From Chloroflexota bacterium (lineage in GTDB: Bacteria > Chloroflexota > Dehalococcoidia > DSTF01 > RBG-16-68-14), in the NCBI GenBank assembly GCA_029262675.1, contig JAJCYW010000005.1:17402-81401 (forward strand): a stretch of DNA of 64,000 nt. The letters run 5' to 3'. Position numbers and translations under genes: made by a program. The notes below the pieces were generated by a model. The model was given only the letters and a program-made list of their open reading frames with translations, ran no database searches and was not told the origin of the DNA. How positions within the stretch are numbered: position 1 is the first letter of the stretch; each line of letters begins with the position of its first letter. Shown piece by piece: positions 10,162 to 19,469 of this stretch.

Positions 10162-11856
10162 CTACCCGCAGACCGCGCCTTCCGAGGCGGACGAGACGAG
10201 CCGGGCGTACTTCGCCAGCGCGCCGCTCTCGTAGTTCGGCGGGGGCGGCGTCCAGGCGGCGAGGCGGCGCGTGACCTCGGCCTCGTCCACGTGCAGCTCC
10301 AGCTTCTTGTTCTCTGCGTCAATAGTTATCTCGTCGCCGTCCTGGACGATCGCGATCGGGCCGCCGACGAACGCCTCGGGCGCGGCGTGGCCGACCATCA
10401 GTCCGCGCGTGGCCCCGGAGAACCGGCCGTCTGTGACCATGGCGATCTGGTCGCCGAGGCCCTGGCCGACGAGCGCGGCAGTAACAGCCAGCATCTCGCG
10501 CATGCCGGGGCCGCCCTTCGGCCCTTCGTAGCGGATGACGACGATGTCGCCGGCCTGGATCTCGCGCCGAGCGATCGCATCGAAGCAGGCCTCTTCGCCG
10601 TCGAAGACGCGGGCCGGGCCGCGGCGCGTGAGCTTCTCGACGCTGGCGACCTTAGCGACGGCGCCTTCAGGAGCCAGGTTGCCCCGCAGGACCACAATAG
10701 TACTGCCGCCGGAAAGCGCGGTCTCGAGAGGATGGACAACGTTGCCGTCCGGCGTGGCGGTCACCTCGGCCAGGTTCTCGGCCATCGTCTTGCCGGTCAC
10801 GGTCAGCACGTCGCCGTGGAGCAGGCCGCCGCGCAGCAGCTCCTTCAGCACAACCGGCACGCCGCCGACGCGATTGAGATCGGCCATGACGTAGGTTCCG
10901 CCGGGCGTCAGGTCGCCCAGGTGTGGCGTCCGCTCGCAGACGCGCTCCAGGTCGTCCAACTTCAGATCGACCCGCGCCTCGCGGGCGATCGCGAGGAGGT
11001 GGAGGACGGCGTTCGTAGAGCCGCCGAGCGCGACGGCGATCGCCATGGCGTTCTCGAACGCCTCGCGGGTGAGGATGTCGCGCGGGAGGGTGTTGGCCTC
11101 CAGCAGCGCAAGCTCGGCCTCGCCCGTGCGCCGGCAGATGTCGGTGCGCGCGGGGTCGACGGCCGGGATCGACGCGCTGCCGGGCAGCGCCATGCCCAGC
11201 CCCTCGCTGACGGCGGCCATGGTGTTGGCGGTGAACATGCCGCCGCAGGACCCGGCGCCGGGACAGGCGGCGTGCTCCAGTTCGTTCAGGTCTTCGTCGC
11301 TCATGTTGCCCGCGCTGTGCGCGCCGACGCCCTCGAAGACGGCCTGGACGGTGACGTCCTTGCCGTGAAACTGACCCGGCATGATTGTTCCGCCGTAGAG
11401 GAAGATCGAAGGCAGGTTAACGCGGGCGATGGCCATCAGCATCCCGGGCAGGCTCTTGTCGCACCCGGCGATGGCGGCCAGGCCGTCGTAGGCGTGAGCC
11501 AGCATCATCACCTCGACGGAGTCCGCGATGATCTCGCGGCTGACAAGAGAGGCCTTCATGCCTTCGTGGCCCATCGCCATGCCGTCGCCGACGGCGATCG
11601 TCGCGAACTCGCGCGGCGTTCCGCCGGCGGACTGAACGCCGGCCTTGACGTGCTGGGCCAGGCCGCCGAGATGGATGTTGCACGGCATCGCCTCGTTGCC
11701 GGCGTGGCCAACGGCGACGATGGGCTTCGTCAGGTCGTCGTCGGTGAGACCCATCGCGTAGAAGTAGGAGCGGTTGGGGGCGCGCTCCGCGCCTTCCGTT
11801 ACCTGCCAGCTACGCGGCTTGCCGGTGCGCGCGCGTGCGTCTGTCTCTGCTGTCAT
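10162..11856 (-). CDS. ilvD: Dihydroxy-acid dehydratase
   Basis: [45 protein letters not shown]. Confidence 0.96.
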   Translation of the reverse strand: MTAETDARARTGKPRSWQVTEGAERAPNRSYFYAMGLTDDDLTKPIVAVGHAGNEAMPCNIHLGGLAQHVKAGVQSAGGTPREFATIAVGDGMAMGHEGMKASLVSREIIADSVEVMMLAHAYDGLAAIAGCDKSLPGMLMAIARVNLPSIFLYGGTIMPGQFHGKDVTVQAVFEGVGAHSAGNMSDEDLNELEHAACPGAGSCGGMFTANTMAAVSEGLGMALPGSASIPAVDPARTDICRRTGEAELALLEANTLPRDILTREAFENAMAIAVALGGSTNAVLHLLAIAREARVDLKLDDLERVCERTPHLGDLTPGGTYVMADLNRVGGVPVVLKELLRGGLLHGDVLTVTGKTMAENLAEVTATPDGNVVHPLETALSGGSTIVVLRGNLAPEGAVAKVASVEKLTRRGPARVFDGEEACFDAIARREIQAGDIVVIRYEGPKGGPGMREMLAVTAALVGQGLGDQIAMVTDGRFSGATRGLMVGHAAPEAFVGGPIAIVQDGDEITIDAENKKLELHVDEAEVTRRLAAWTPPPPNYESGALAKYARLVSSASEGAVCG

Positions 11857-12012
11857 CGGGCGCCCTCCTGTGCAGATCGAATGTAGGCACCAGCGTAGCG
11901 CAGGCCATCACGCGGTCTCAAGGAACCGGCGGACGGTACGCGTGTGGTGGGCTTCCGTGTGGAGGCAACGGCGGCCGTGGCCGGGCAGAAGGTTGCTGAT
12001 ATACTCGCAGCC

Positions 12013-13167
12013 GTGCGCGCTATCACATCTGTCCTGGGATTGTTGCTAGTAGCCGTGGTTGCCGTCGCAATCGGGTGCGGCTCTGATTCTGCCGATCCAA
12101 CGCCGTCTCCTGAATCGACGCGGGAAGTTTCGCTGCGCTACGACCGCCCGCTCCTCACGTCTTTGCCCACCGGGTATCGCCTGGACGTGATGCTGGATGG
12201 CCTATCCCGGCCGACGTCGCTCGCCGCAATGCCCGACGGGCGACTGCTCGTCACGGAGCAAGAGACTGGCAGAGTGCGGGTTGTGCAGGACGGCCGGCTC
12301 CTCGACGAGCCGTGGTATGAGCTGCCGGTGCATTTCGCAACCGGCGAGTTCGCGGTTCAAGAATTGGGGCTCGTCAGCGTCGCTGTCGATCCGCTCTTCG
12401 CAGAAAACGGATTCGTCTACATCTACTTTACGGAGCGAGACGAAGAAAACGGCAGCCGCACTGTGTTCGGGCGCCTGCGAGACGCGGGAGGCCGCGGAAC
12501 GGCCCTGAAACGCCTGCTGACGATCGACCTTGCCGCGGAGCGGCGGCACATCGCCGGGGGAATTGCCTTTGATGGAGAAGACGCGATCCTGCTCGGCGTC
12601 GGAGACCACGAGCGGCCGGACCTGCCGCCCCGCATCGACTCGCTCGCGGGCAAGGTCCTGCGCATCGACCGCGATGGCATCGCCTTGCCTGACAACCCGT
12701 TCGCCGGCCGGTCTGACGCCGACCCGCGCGTCTACGCCTACGGCCTGCGCAACCCATTTGGGGTCGCCGTAGACCAGATCACAGGCCGCGCGTTCATTAC
12801 GGAAAATCGAAACGTCGTTGGCGATGCTGTCTACGAACTGGAAGTCGGCGCTGACTACGGCTGGCCGGCTAGTCAGATCGCCGCAAACGAGCCACTCGTT
12901 GTCTACGATGTTCCGATGGGTATGGCGGGTCTTATCGTATACGGCGGTGACGCCCTGCCGCCGTTCACGGGTGACCTGTTCTACTGCACCTTCAATAGCG
13001 GCGGCGGCCTCCACTGGTCGGAGCCGGAGGAGGTTGTCGGCTTCGATCTCGTTCTGCGCGACCGGCTTATCGCACCAGGCTGCAGCAGCGGGGTAGCCGA
13101 AGGTGCCGACGGTTTCCTCTACCTTCTCGATTACCGGGATGGGAAGCTGATGAGGATTAGCAGATAG
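12013..13167 (+). CDS. PQQ-dependent sugar (glucose/sorbosone) dehydrogenase family lipoprotein
   Basis: Lipobox-like VAIGC, then PTSLAAMPDGRLLVTE, GKVLRIDRDG..PDNPF, VYAYGLRNPFG. Start estimated at GTG 12013. Confidence 0.8.
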   Translation: MRAITSVLGLLLVAVVAVAIGCGSDSADPTPSPESTREVSLRYDRPLLTSLPTGYRLDVMLDGLSRPTSLAAMPDGRLLVTEQETGRVRVVQDGRLLDEPWYELPVHFATGEFAVQELGLVSVAVDPLFAENGFVYIYFTERDEENGSRTVFGRLRDAGGRGTALKRLLTIDLAAERRHIAGGIAFDGEDAILLGVGDHERPDLPPRIDSLAGKVLRIDRDGIALPDNPFAGRSDADPRVYAYGLRNPFGVAVDQITGRAFITENRNVVGDAVYELEVGADYGWPASQIAANEPLVVYDVPMGMAGLIVYGGDALPPFTGDLFYCTFNSGGGLHWSEPEEVVGFDLVLRDRLIAPGCSSGVAEGADGFLYLLDYRDGKLMRISR

Positions 13168-13177
13168 GTTCCGCAAC

Positions 13178-14491
13178 GTGAGCCTGCCCAGTGTGAGAGT
13201 AACTCTGCCTCGCGCCGACGTCTGGTGGATGGCAGCGGCTGTTGCGCTGGCCCTACTGCTCCGGATCGTCTGGGTTCTCTACGCCACGGCGGACCCGCTC
13301 GACGGCCGTTTCAACGATTCGGTCTTCTATCACGTCGTCGCTACGCATCTGGCGGAGGGCGGAAGCTACACCAATCCATTCACGTTCCTTCCGACAGCGC
13401 AGTTCGCCCCCGGCTACCCGTTCTTTCTGACGGGTCTCTACTGGCTCTTCGGGTCGCATCTCACCGTCGCGGAAGTCGCCAATGCCGTGCTGGGGGCGGC
13501 CACCGTTGGCGTCGTGTACCTGCTCGCGCTCCGGCTGTTCGACAGCATCTCGGCCCGGATAGCAGCGTTTCTGCTGGCCGTGTTCCCGGGCCAAGTGTTG
13601 TTCGTCTCTGTCGTCTACTCGGAGACACTGTTCACCTTCCTGTTCGTTCTCGGTCTGCTGCTGGCGCTCGTCGCGCGCCGGCCAGCGACAGATGGAAGAT
13701 GGCACTGGGTCCTCGCGTTTGGTCTCGTCGCGGGCGCGGCTGCGCTCGTGCGGGGGGCGGGCCTTGGGCTGCTTCTCATCGGGCCGGCGTACTGGGCGCT
13801 GACGCGGCTGGACTGGCGGGTGGGCGTGCGGTGGAGCGCGCTTGCTATCGTGGCGGCCGGCCTGCTTGTCGTCCCGTGGACGGTGCGCAACGCGATCACG
13901 ATGGACGCGCCGCTACTCATCTCCAGCAGCGCCGGCGTCAACTTCTGGCAGGGCCATAACGAAGACGCCACCGGCGGCGATGACGCTGCTGTTGGCCGGT
14001 TGCTGGACGAGCACGGTCCGCTCACGGAGCTGGGTGCGGAGGTCAGGGTGAGCGACGCCGGCTTCCGCGGGGGCTTGCGCTTCGCCGCGACGCACCCCGG
14101 CGAAGAGTTGTTGCTCATCGGAAAGAAATTTCGCGCTCTGTATCTAAGCGGAGACCTCGCCGCGCTGGATCTGAACGAGGCCTCCGGCCAGCGGACGTTC
14201 ATGTCATCGGGGCTGAGATCGGCGTTGAAGTATCTGTCCGACAGCTTCTACTACGCGGTCTTCTTCGTTGCGCTGCTGGCGCCGTTGCGATGGGTCGTCC
14301 AACGAGGCGAAGGTCCGCTCTTGCCCTTGATCGCTATCATCGCTCTGACGCTGGGACACGTCGTGTTGTTCTTTGGCAGTCCCCGTTACCACTTCCCAAT
14401 GATGCCGCTGTTCTGCCTCTTGGCCGGTTGGACGTTGGCGTCGCTGCCGCAGCTCTGGGCGCCGCTGGCCGGGCGGCGCGTCGACGTTTGA
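13178..14491 (+). CDS. GT39/ArnT-like (GT-C fold) membrane glycosyltransferase
   Basis: DSVFYH, PGYPFFL, YSETLFTFL, PWTVRN, C-terminal PRYHFP; about 11 TM. Confidence 0.75.
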   Translation: MSLPSVRVTLPRADVWWMAAAVALALLLRIVWVLYATADPLDGRFNDSVFYHVVATHLAEGGSYTNPFTFLPTAQFAPGYPFFLTGLYWLFGSHLTVAEVANAVLGAATVGVVYLLALRLFDSISARIAAFLLAVFPGQVLFVSVVYSETLFTFLFVLGLLLALVARRPATDGRWHWVLAFGLVAGAAALVRGAGLGLLLIGPAYWALTRLDWRVGVRWSALAIVAAGLLVVPWTVRNAITMDAPLLISSSAGVNFWQGHNEDATGGDDAAVGRLLDEHGPLTELGAEVRVSDAGFRGGLRFAATHPGEELLLIGKKFRALYLSGDLAALDLNEASGQRTFMSSGLRSALKYLSDSFYYAVFFVALLAPLRWVVQRGEGPLLPLIAIIALTLGHVVLFFGSPRYHFPMMPLFCLLAGWTLASLPQLWAPLAGRRVDV

Positions 14492-14499
14492 TCCTGTCG

Positions 14500-15342
14500 C
14501 TACACGCGTGACTCGTCGCCGCTGGTGGCTTCTTGGGTAGGCGTAGTGTCTTTAGGCTTACCGCCGGCGCGGTGGATGACGGAGACCACGGCAAGAGCGA
14601 AAAAGGCGAAGAGGATGATCTCGAAGATGCGAACGTTCTTATCGGAATCGTCCAGGCTGAGAATCCCGGCCGCCCCCAGCAGGTAGCCGCCCGTGACGTA
14701 CACGAACACCCAGATGGCAACGCCGACGTAGTCCAGCAGCATCCAACGCGGAAACGGCATGCGCAGAAACCCGGAGGCCGCCGGCCCGATCATGCGTGAG
14801 TAGCCCGCGAAATGGTAGGTGAGGACTAGCCAGATACTGTGATCCAGCAGCGGCTCCCGCATGCGCTCGGCCCAGCGGCCGAAGCGAGAATCCGGCCCGA
14901 ACCGATACCAGGCGTAGCGCCCCATGCCATAGCTAATCGTATCGCCTATCATCGCGCCGATGATGCCTAGGAGGATAGCCGGCCAGAACGAGATCAGGCC
15001 GTCGTTGGCGCCGATGCCGGCCAGTAGCATGACAAGGTTGCCTGGTATCAGCGCGCCGACAAACAGCGTGTTCTCCAGCAAGGGGGCGAAGAAAACCGTG
15101 AGGTAGCCGTACGATTCGAAGAGATCTCTTGTGATATTGAGCGCCTGCTTGGTGAGCCAGCCGAAGCTCCCGAAGAAATCGCTCACGGGCTTGTACGGGC
15201 TGAACTGCCCGGCCATGACGATGCCGACGACGACCAGTACCCAGATCAGGTCTTTCGGCTGCCAGCCGGGCTGGCCGTCCCCGTCGCCGTCGCCGTCCCC
15301 TGTCGCGGGCGCTTGTCGTAGCTCCTGCTCGACCAACGTCAC
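14500..15342 (-). CDS. DedA family membrane protein with N-terminal extension
   Basis: LENTLFVGALIPGNLVM, GAMIGDTISYGMGR; GTG 15342 overlaps the upstream dedA stop (GTGA). Confidence 0.8.
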   Translation of the reverse strand: MTLVEQELRQAPATGDGDGDGDGQPGWQPKDLIWVLVVVGIVMAGQFSPYKPVSDFFGSFGWLTKQALNITRDLFESYGYLTVFFAPLLENTLFVGALIPGNLVMLLAGIGANDGLISFWPAILLGIIGAMIGDTISYGMGRYAWYRFGPDSRFGRWAERMREPLLDHSIWLVLTYHFAGYSRMIGPAASGFLRMPFPRWMLLDYVGVAIWVFVYVTGGYLLGAAGILSLDDSDKNVRIFEIILFAFFALAVVSVIHRAGGKPKDTTPTQEATSGDESRV

Positions 15343-15992
15343 TCTTCTTGCGCGTCGACGGGTTCCGCCCAGGCGCGCTTGACGTGCCGGTAGACGTACC
15401 ATCCGACGAGGATCGCCCCGACGATCAGGATCGGGATGTCGGCGGGACGCATCCAGTGGCGCAGGTCTTCCCAGTTTTCGCCGAGCGCGAAGCCTGCCCA
15501 GGCGAGAGCGAGTGACCAGATGAACGCGCCCACGAATGTATAGAACGTGAACTTCAGCACTGGCATACGGGCGATTCCGGCGGGAAAGCTGATGAACGTG
15601 CGTACGACTGGCATGAGTCTCGAAAAGAAGACGGCCCAATTTCCCCAGCGGTTGAAGAAGCGGTCAGCCAGATCGAGATCATGACGGGAGACTAGTATGT
15701 ACTTGCCGTATTTCTCCGCCAGCGGCCGTCCACCCCAGGCGCCCACGTAGTAGGCGGCGAGCGATCCGATTGTATTGCCCAGGGCCCCGAACAGCCCCGC
15801 CAGCAGCAGCCACTCCTCGCCGTGGCCTCTGTCCTTCACCAGCATCCAACCGGCCAGCGGCATGATGAGTTCGCTGGGTAGCGGGATGCCAGCGCTCTCG
15901 ATCGCCATCATCACCACTACGCCCGGCCATTCGATAAGATCGTACGTGGCGTTGATGAAATCGAGCAGAATCGACTCGATTCCTTCGAGCAG
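15339..15992 (-). CDS. DedA family membrane protein
   Basis: MAIESAGIPLPSELIMP, GSLAAYYVG, VFFSRLMPVVRTFISFPAG. Frame is open to CTG 15992, just after AGGAG. Confidence 0.88.
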   Translation of the reverse strand: MLEGIESILLDFINATYDLIEWPGVVVMMAIESAGIPLPSELIMPLAGWMLVKDRGHGEEWLLLAGLFGALGNTIGSLAAYYVGAWGGRPLAEKYGKYILVSRHDLDLADRFFNRWGNWAVFFSRLMPVVRTFISFPAGIARMPVLKFTFYTFVGAFIWSLALAWAGFALGENWEDLRHWMRPADIPILIVGAILVGWYVYRHVKRAWAEPVDAQEE

Positions 15993-16102
15993 CGGCTCCT
16001 ATCCCTTCCGTAAACACACGCTGAGCGCGTCGTTAGATTCGATTTGTGTCAGTCTAGCACAGGCGGTGAACTGAGTCGTATGAGGGATGTTACGATGGTT
16101 TC

Positions 16103-16747
16103 GTGAGTGAACCGCCCTTCCTCCCTGAGCACTTCCGCCGCCAGGACGAACGCGCTGACGCCCTCTTTTACACGTCCGCGAGGATGGTCACCCATATCGA
16201 TGACGCTGCTATCGAAGCGGCGCGCCGGCTCTACGCGGAGCTGCTGCCGGAGGAAGGAACGATCCTCGACCTGATGTCGAGCTGGAAGTCGCACCTGCCG
16301 GATACGGCCGCGCCTCGCCGCGTCGCCGGCCTCGGCATGAACGAAGCGGAAATGCGTGAGAACGGCCAGTTGGACGAATACCACGTCCACGACGTGAACA
16401 GCGAGCCGCGCCTGCCGTTCGACGACGATACGTTCGACAGCGCGGTGATGACCGTCTCCGTGCAGTACCTGATTAAGCCGGTCGAAGTTTTCGCCGAGGT
16501 AGCGCGGGTGCTGCGCAAGGACGCGCCGTTCGTCGTGACCTACTCCAACCGGCTCTTTCCGGAGAAGGCCGTCGCGTTCTGGTGCGCTGCCAGCGCGGAC
16601 CAGCGGGCACGCTTGATCGGCGCGTACTTCCATTACGCCGGCGGTTGGGGCCAGATCACGGCGCAGGACCGCAGCCCGAAACCCGACGGTACGTCAGGCA
16701 CTCCGGGCGATCCGCTCCACGCCGTGTGGGCGCGCACCGCATCGTAA
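16103..16747 (+). CDS. Methyltransferase type 11 family protein
   Basis: FRRQDERADALFY..PR-like start, ILDLMSSWKSHLP, LPFDDDTFD, VSVQYL, SNRLFPEKA. Confidence 0.8.
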   Translation: MSEPPFLPEHFRRQDERADALFYTSARMVTHIDDAAIEAARRLYAELLPEEGTILDLMSSWKSHLPDTAAPRRVAGLGMNEAEMRENGQLDEYHVHDVNSEPRLPFDDDTFDSAVMTVSVQYLIKPVEVFAEVARVLRKDAPFVVTYSNRLFPEKAVAFWCAASADQRARLIGAYFHYAGGWGQITAQDRSPKPDGTSGTPGDPLHAVWARTAS

Positions 16748-16771
16748 ACCAATGAGTCAACAAGCCTAAGG

Positions 16772-17464
16772 TCACCTGCTGGACAGCGGCGACGTGAGGC
16801 GCGTCAGGCTGCCGCTCAGCGGATACGCCTCGCCCCAGCGCGAACGCTGCTCATCGACCCGCAGCGCGATCAGCTTCTGGTAGACGGACGATCGCAGCGG
16901 CGGTGTGCTCATGAGCACCGCGTCTTCCTGGTTGTCGCTGTAGTAGCGTGCTCGGACGCCGACCTGGGAAAAGCCGTACTTGTCGTAGAGCGCACGCGCG
17001 TCGCGGTTGGAGATTCGGTACTCCAGCGTGACGCCGTCCTGTCCGGCCTCTAGAGCCGCTTCCAGGATCGCCACCAGCAGCAATTCGCCGATGCCGCGAC
17101 GCCTGTTGTCCTGTCGCACCGCGATGGTGACGATGTGGCCTTCGCCCACCATGCACCAGAGGCCGACGAGGCCGAGGATCCGCTCGCGCGGTGGCGACGA
17201 GCGCGTGACGATGCGCTTCAGGGTCTCCCTGATTGTGGCAATGATCCCGGTCTCCGGCGGCGGCGCGTCGTTAGGCAGCGGCAGCGCGCCGCCAGGCAGC
17301 GGCGCGTAGGCGACCAGGTAGCGCGCCAGCTTGTTCTTCAGCTCGCGGTCGTACGTCGTCCGCGACCACATGCTTGGAAAGGACTCGCGTTCAATCTCCA
17401 TCACCTGCTTGATATCGCCCGCCTGCATCGGGCGGATACGGCAGGCCGGCTCGCCTGGTTGCAT
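16772..17464 (-). CDS. rimI: Ribosomal-protein-alanine N-acetyltransferase (GNAT)
   Basis: GHIVTIAV..RRRGIGELLL, TLEYRISN, ALYDKYGF, RARYYSDNQEDA. Confidence 0.88.
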   Translation of the reverse strand: MQPGEPACRIRPMQAGDIKQVMEIERESFPSMWSRTTYDRELKNKLARYLVAYAPLPGGALPLPNDAPPPETGIIATIRETLKRIVTRSSPPRERILGLVGLWCMVGEGHIVTIAVRQDNRRRGIGELLLVAILEAALEAGQDGVTLEYRISNRDARALYDKYGFSQVGVRARYYSDNQEDAVLMSTPPLRSSVYQKLIALRVDEQRSRWGEAYPLSGSLTRLTSPLSSR

Positions 17465-17575
17465 GGATAGCTCCTCGTTGGCGCGACGGCGTCCAAGCGG
17501 GACGGGCCGAATTGTAGCACGGCGTTGGCGCGCCGGTGCCAGGTCGCGGGCAGGAGACCCTCTAGATGCCTAAAC

Positions 17576-17604
17576 TTGACGTTAGCGTTAAGATTAGATA
17601 CGCT
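17576..17604 (+). promoter_or_regulatory. Sigma70-like promoter with overlapping inverted repeat
   Basis: TTGACG-17-TACGCT; CTTGACG/CGTTAAG imperfect inverted repeat over the -35. Confidence 0.5.
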
Positions 17605-17624
17605 ATGCGATCGTAACGAGGGGA

Positions 17625-19469
17625 TTGTTCCAGCCCACCATGCAACGCAAATCGCAGCCGGTACTGATCCGGCTACTTTCATTCACCATTCCGTACTGGC
17701 GCACCGTGATCCTGGCCTGGATCTGCGTCGCCGGGGCGAGCGCGTTCATGCTCCTGATGCCGATCTTCGTCCAGTACGCGATCGACACCGGCATCGACAT
17801 CGACAGCGAAGGCGTCGCCATCGGCGAGAGGCAGACGCTCGTCTGGATCGGCGTCGCGATCGTCGCCATCTCGGGACTGCGCGGCGGCTTCGCCTATGGC
17901 CAGACCTACGTCGGCGAATGGCTCGCCTCCCGCGTCGCCTACGACGTGCGCAACGACGTCTACAACCATCTGCAGCGGTTGAGCTTCGCCTACCACGATA
18001 CGGCGCAGACGGGACAGATCATGTCCCGGGCCACGCAGGACGTGGAAGCCGTTCGGATGTTGATTAGCTTCGGCGTGATGCGCATCGCGTACATGATCAT
18101 CCTCCTGGTTTCCGTGTTCATTTTCATGACGATCACCAGCTGGCAACTTGCGCTGGTTGCTTGGGCATTCGTGCCCATCGTCGGCGGCCGGTCGATTTTC
18201 GTCGCCCTGCGCCTGCGGCCGATCTGGATGCGCATCCAGGACCTGCAAGGCCGCATGGGCGCCGTGCTACAGGAGAACCTCTCCGGCATGCGGGTGGTGA
18301 AGGCGTTCGCTCAAGAGCAGCAAGAGAGCAAGAAGTTCTCCAGGGAGGCCAAGCATCTCTTCGAGACCTCGTTCGCGGCCAACCGCATCCAGGCCTTCAA
18401 CCAGCCGCTCCTGACCGGCATCTGGATGCTGGCGATGGTCGCCGTCGGTTGGTACGGAGCGGTCCTGATCGACCAGGGGTCGCTCACCGGAGGCGAATTG
18501 AGCGCGTTCATGCTCTTCCTCGTCATCCTCCAAATGCCTGTCCGCATGCTGGGCTGGATCGTGATGATGTTCGCGCGCGCGCAGTCGGCCGGCGAACGGA
18601 TCTACGACATCCTGGACGCCGAGTCTGCTGTGCAGGAAAAGCCCGACGCGATCGAGATGAAGGACGCTGTGGGCGATGTGCGATTCGAGAACGTGTCATT
18701 TGCCTACGATGCCATCAGCCCCGTCCTGCGCGGCGTCAACATCGAGGTACGGCCGGGCCAGGTCGTCGCACTGCTCGGGCCTACGGGCTCCGGCAAGAGC
18801 ACCGTCGTCAACCTGATGCCGCGCTTCTACGACGTCACCGACGGCGCGATCACGATCGACGGCGTCGACATCCGCGACATGACGATCGCCTCACTGCGCG
18901 CCAACATCGGTACGGTGCAGCAGGACGTCTTCCTCTTCTCCGCCACGATCCGCGACAACATCGCCTACGGCGCGATCGACGCGACGCAGGAGGACATCGA
19001 ACGGGCGACAAGAGCCGCGCGGCTCCACGACTACATCATGAGCCAGCCGGAAGGCTATGACACCTGGGTGGGCGAGCGAGGCATCACGCTCTCCGGCGGC
19101 CAGCGGCAGCGCATCGTGATGGCGCGGACGCTGCTGACGGACCCGAAGATCCTGATCCTGGACGACTCGACGTCGAGCGTGGATACGGAGACCGAGCACC
19201 TGATCCAGCAGGCGTTAGCAGAAGTGATGAAGGGCCGCACTACGTTCGTCATCGCTCAGCGGCTAAAGACCGTGATATCCGCGGATCAGATTCTGGTGCT
19301 CCAGGACGGCCAGATCGTCGAGCGCGGCACGCACAGCGAACTGATTGAGCAGGAGGGCCTCTACCGCGAGATCTACGACCTGGAGCTGCGCGACCAGGAG
19401 GAAGCCTACGACCAGACGCAGGCCGAGACCGCGACGCAGCCCGCGGCCGTTCAGGGAGAGAGGCGCTAG
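17625..19469 (+). CDS. ABC exporter, fused TMD-NBD (heterodimer subunit 1)
   Basis: GPTGSGKST Walker A, LSGGQRQR signature, ILILDD (degenerate Walker B), AQRL in place of the H-loop. Confidence 0.93.
   Translation: MFQPTMQRKSQPVLIRLLSFTIPYWRTVILAWICVAGASAFMLLMPIFVQYAIDTGIDIDSEGVAIGERQTLVWIGVAIVAISGLRGGFAYGQTYVGEWLASRVAYDVRNDVYNHLQRLSFAYHDTAQTGQIMSRATQDVEAVRMLISFGVMRIAYMIILLVSVFIFMTITSWQLALVAWAFVPIVGGRSIFVALRLRPIWMRIQDLQGRMGAVLQENLSGMRVVKAFAQEQQESKKFSREAKHLFETSFAANRIQAFNQPLLTGIWMLAMVAVGWYGAVLIDQGSLTGGELSAFMLFLVILQMPVRMLGWIVMMFARAQSAGERIYDILDAESAVQEKPDAIEMKDAVGDVRFENVSFAYDAISPVLRGVNIEVRPGQVVALLGPTGSGKSTVVNLMPRFYDVTDGAITIDGVDIRDMTIASLRANIGTVQQDVFLFSATIRDNIAYGAIDATQEDIERATRAARLHDYIMSQPEGYDTWVGERGITLSGGQRQRIVMARTLLTDPKILILDDSTSSVDTETEHLIQQALAEVMKGRTTFVIAQRLKTVISADQILVLQDGQIVERGTHSELIEQEGLYREIYDLELRDQEEAYDQTQAETATQPAAVQGERR

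Noticed and set aside
14500-15639. 379-aa ORF as listed in the track
   Set aside because: Its first ~99 codons overlap the upstream dedA in another frame; GTG 15342 gives a coherent DedA.
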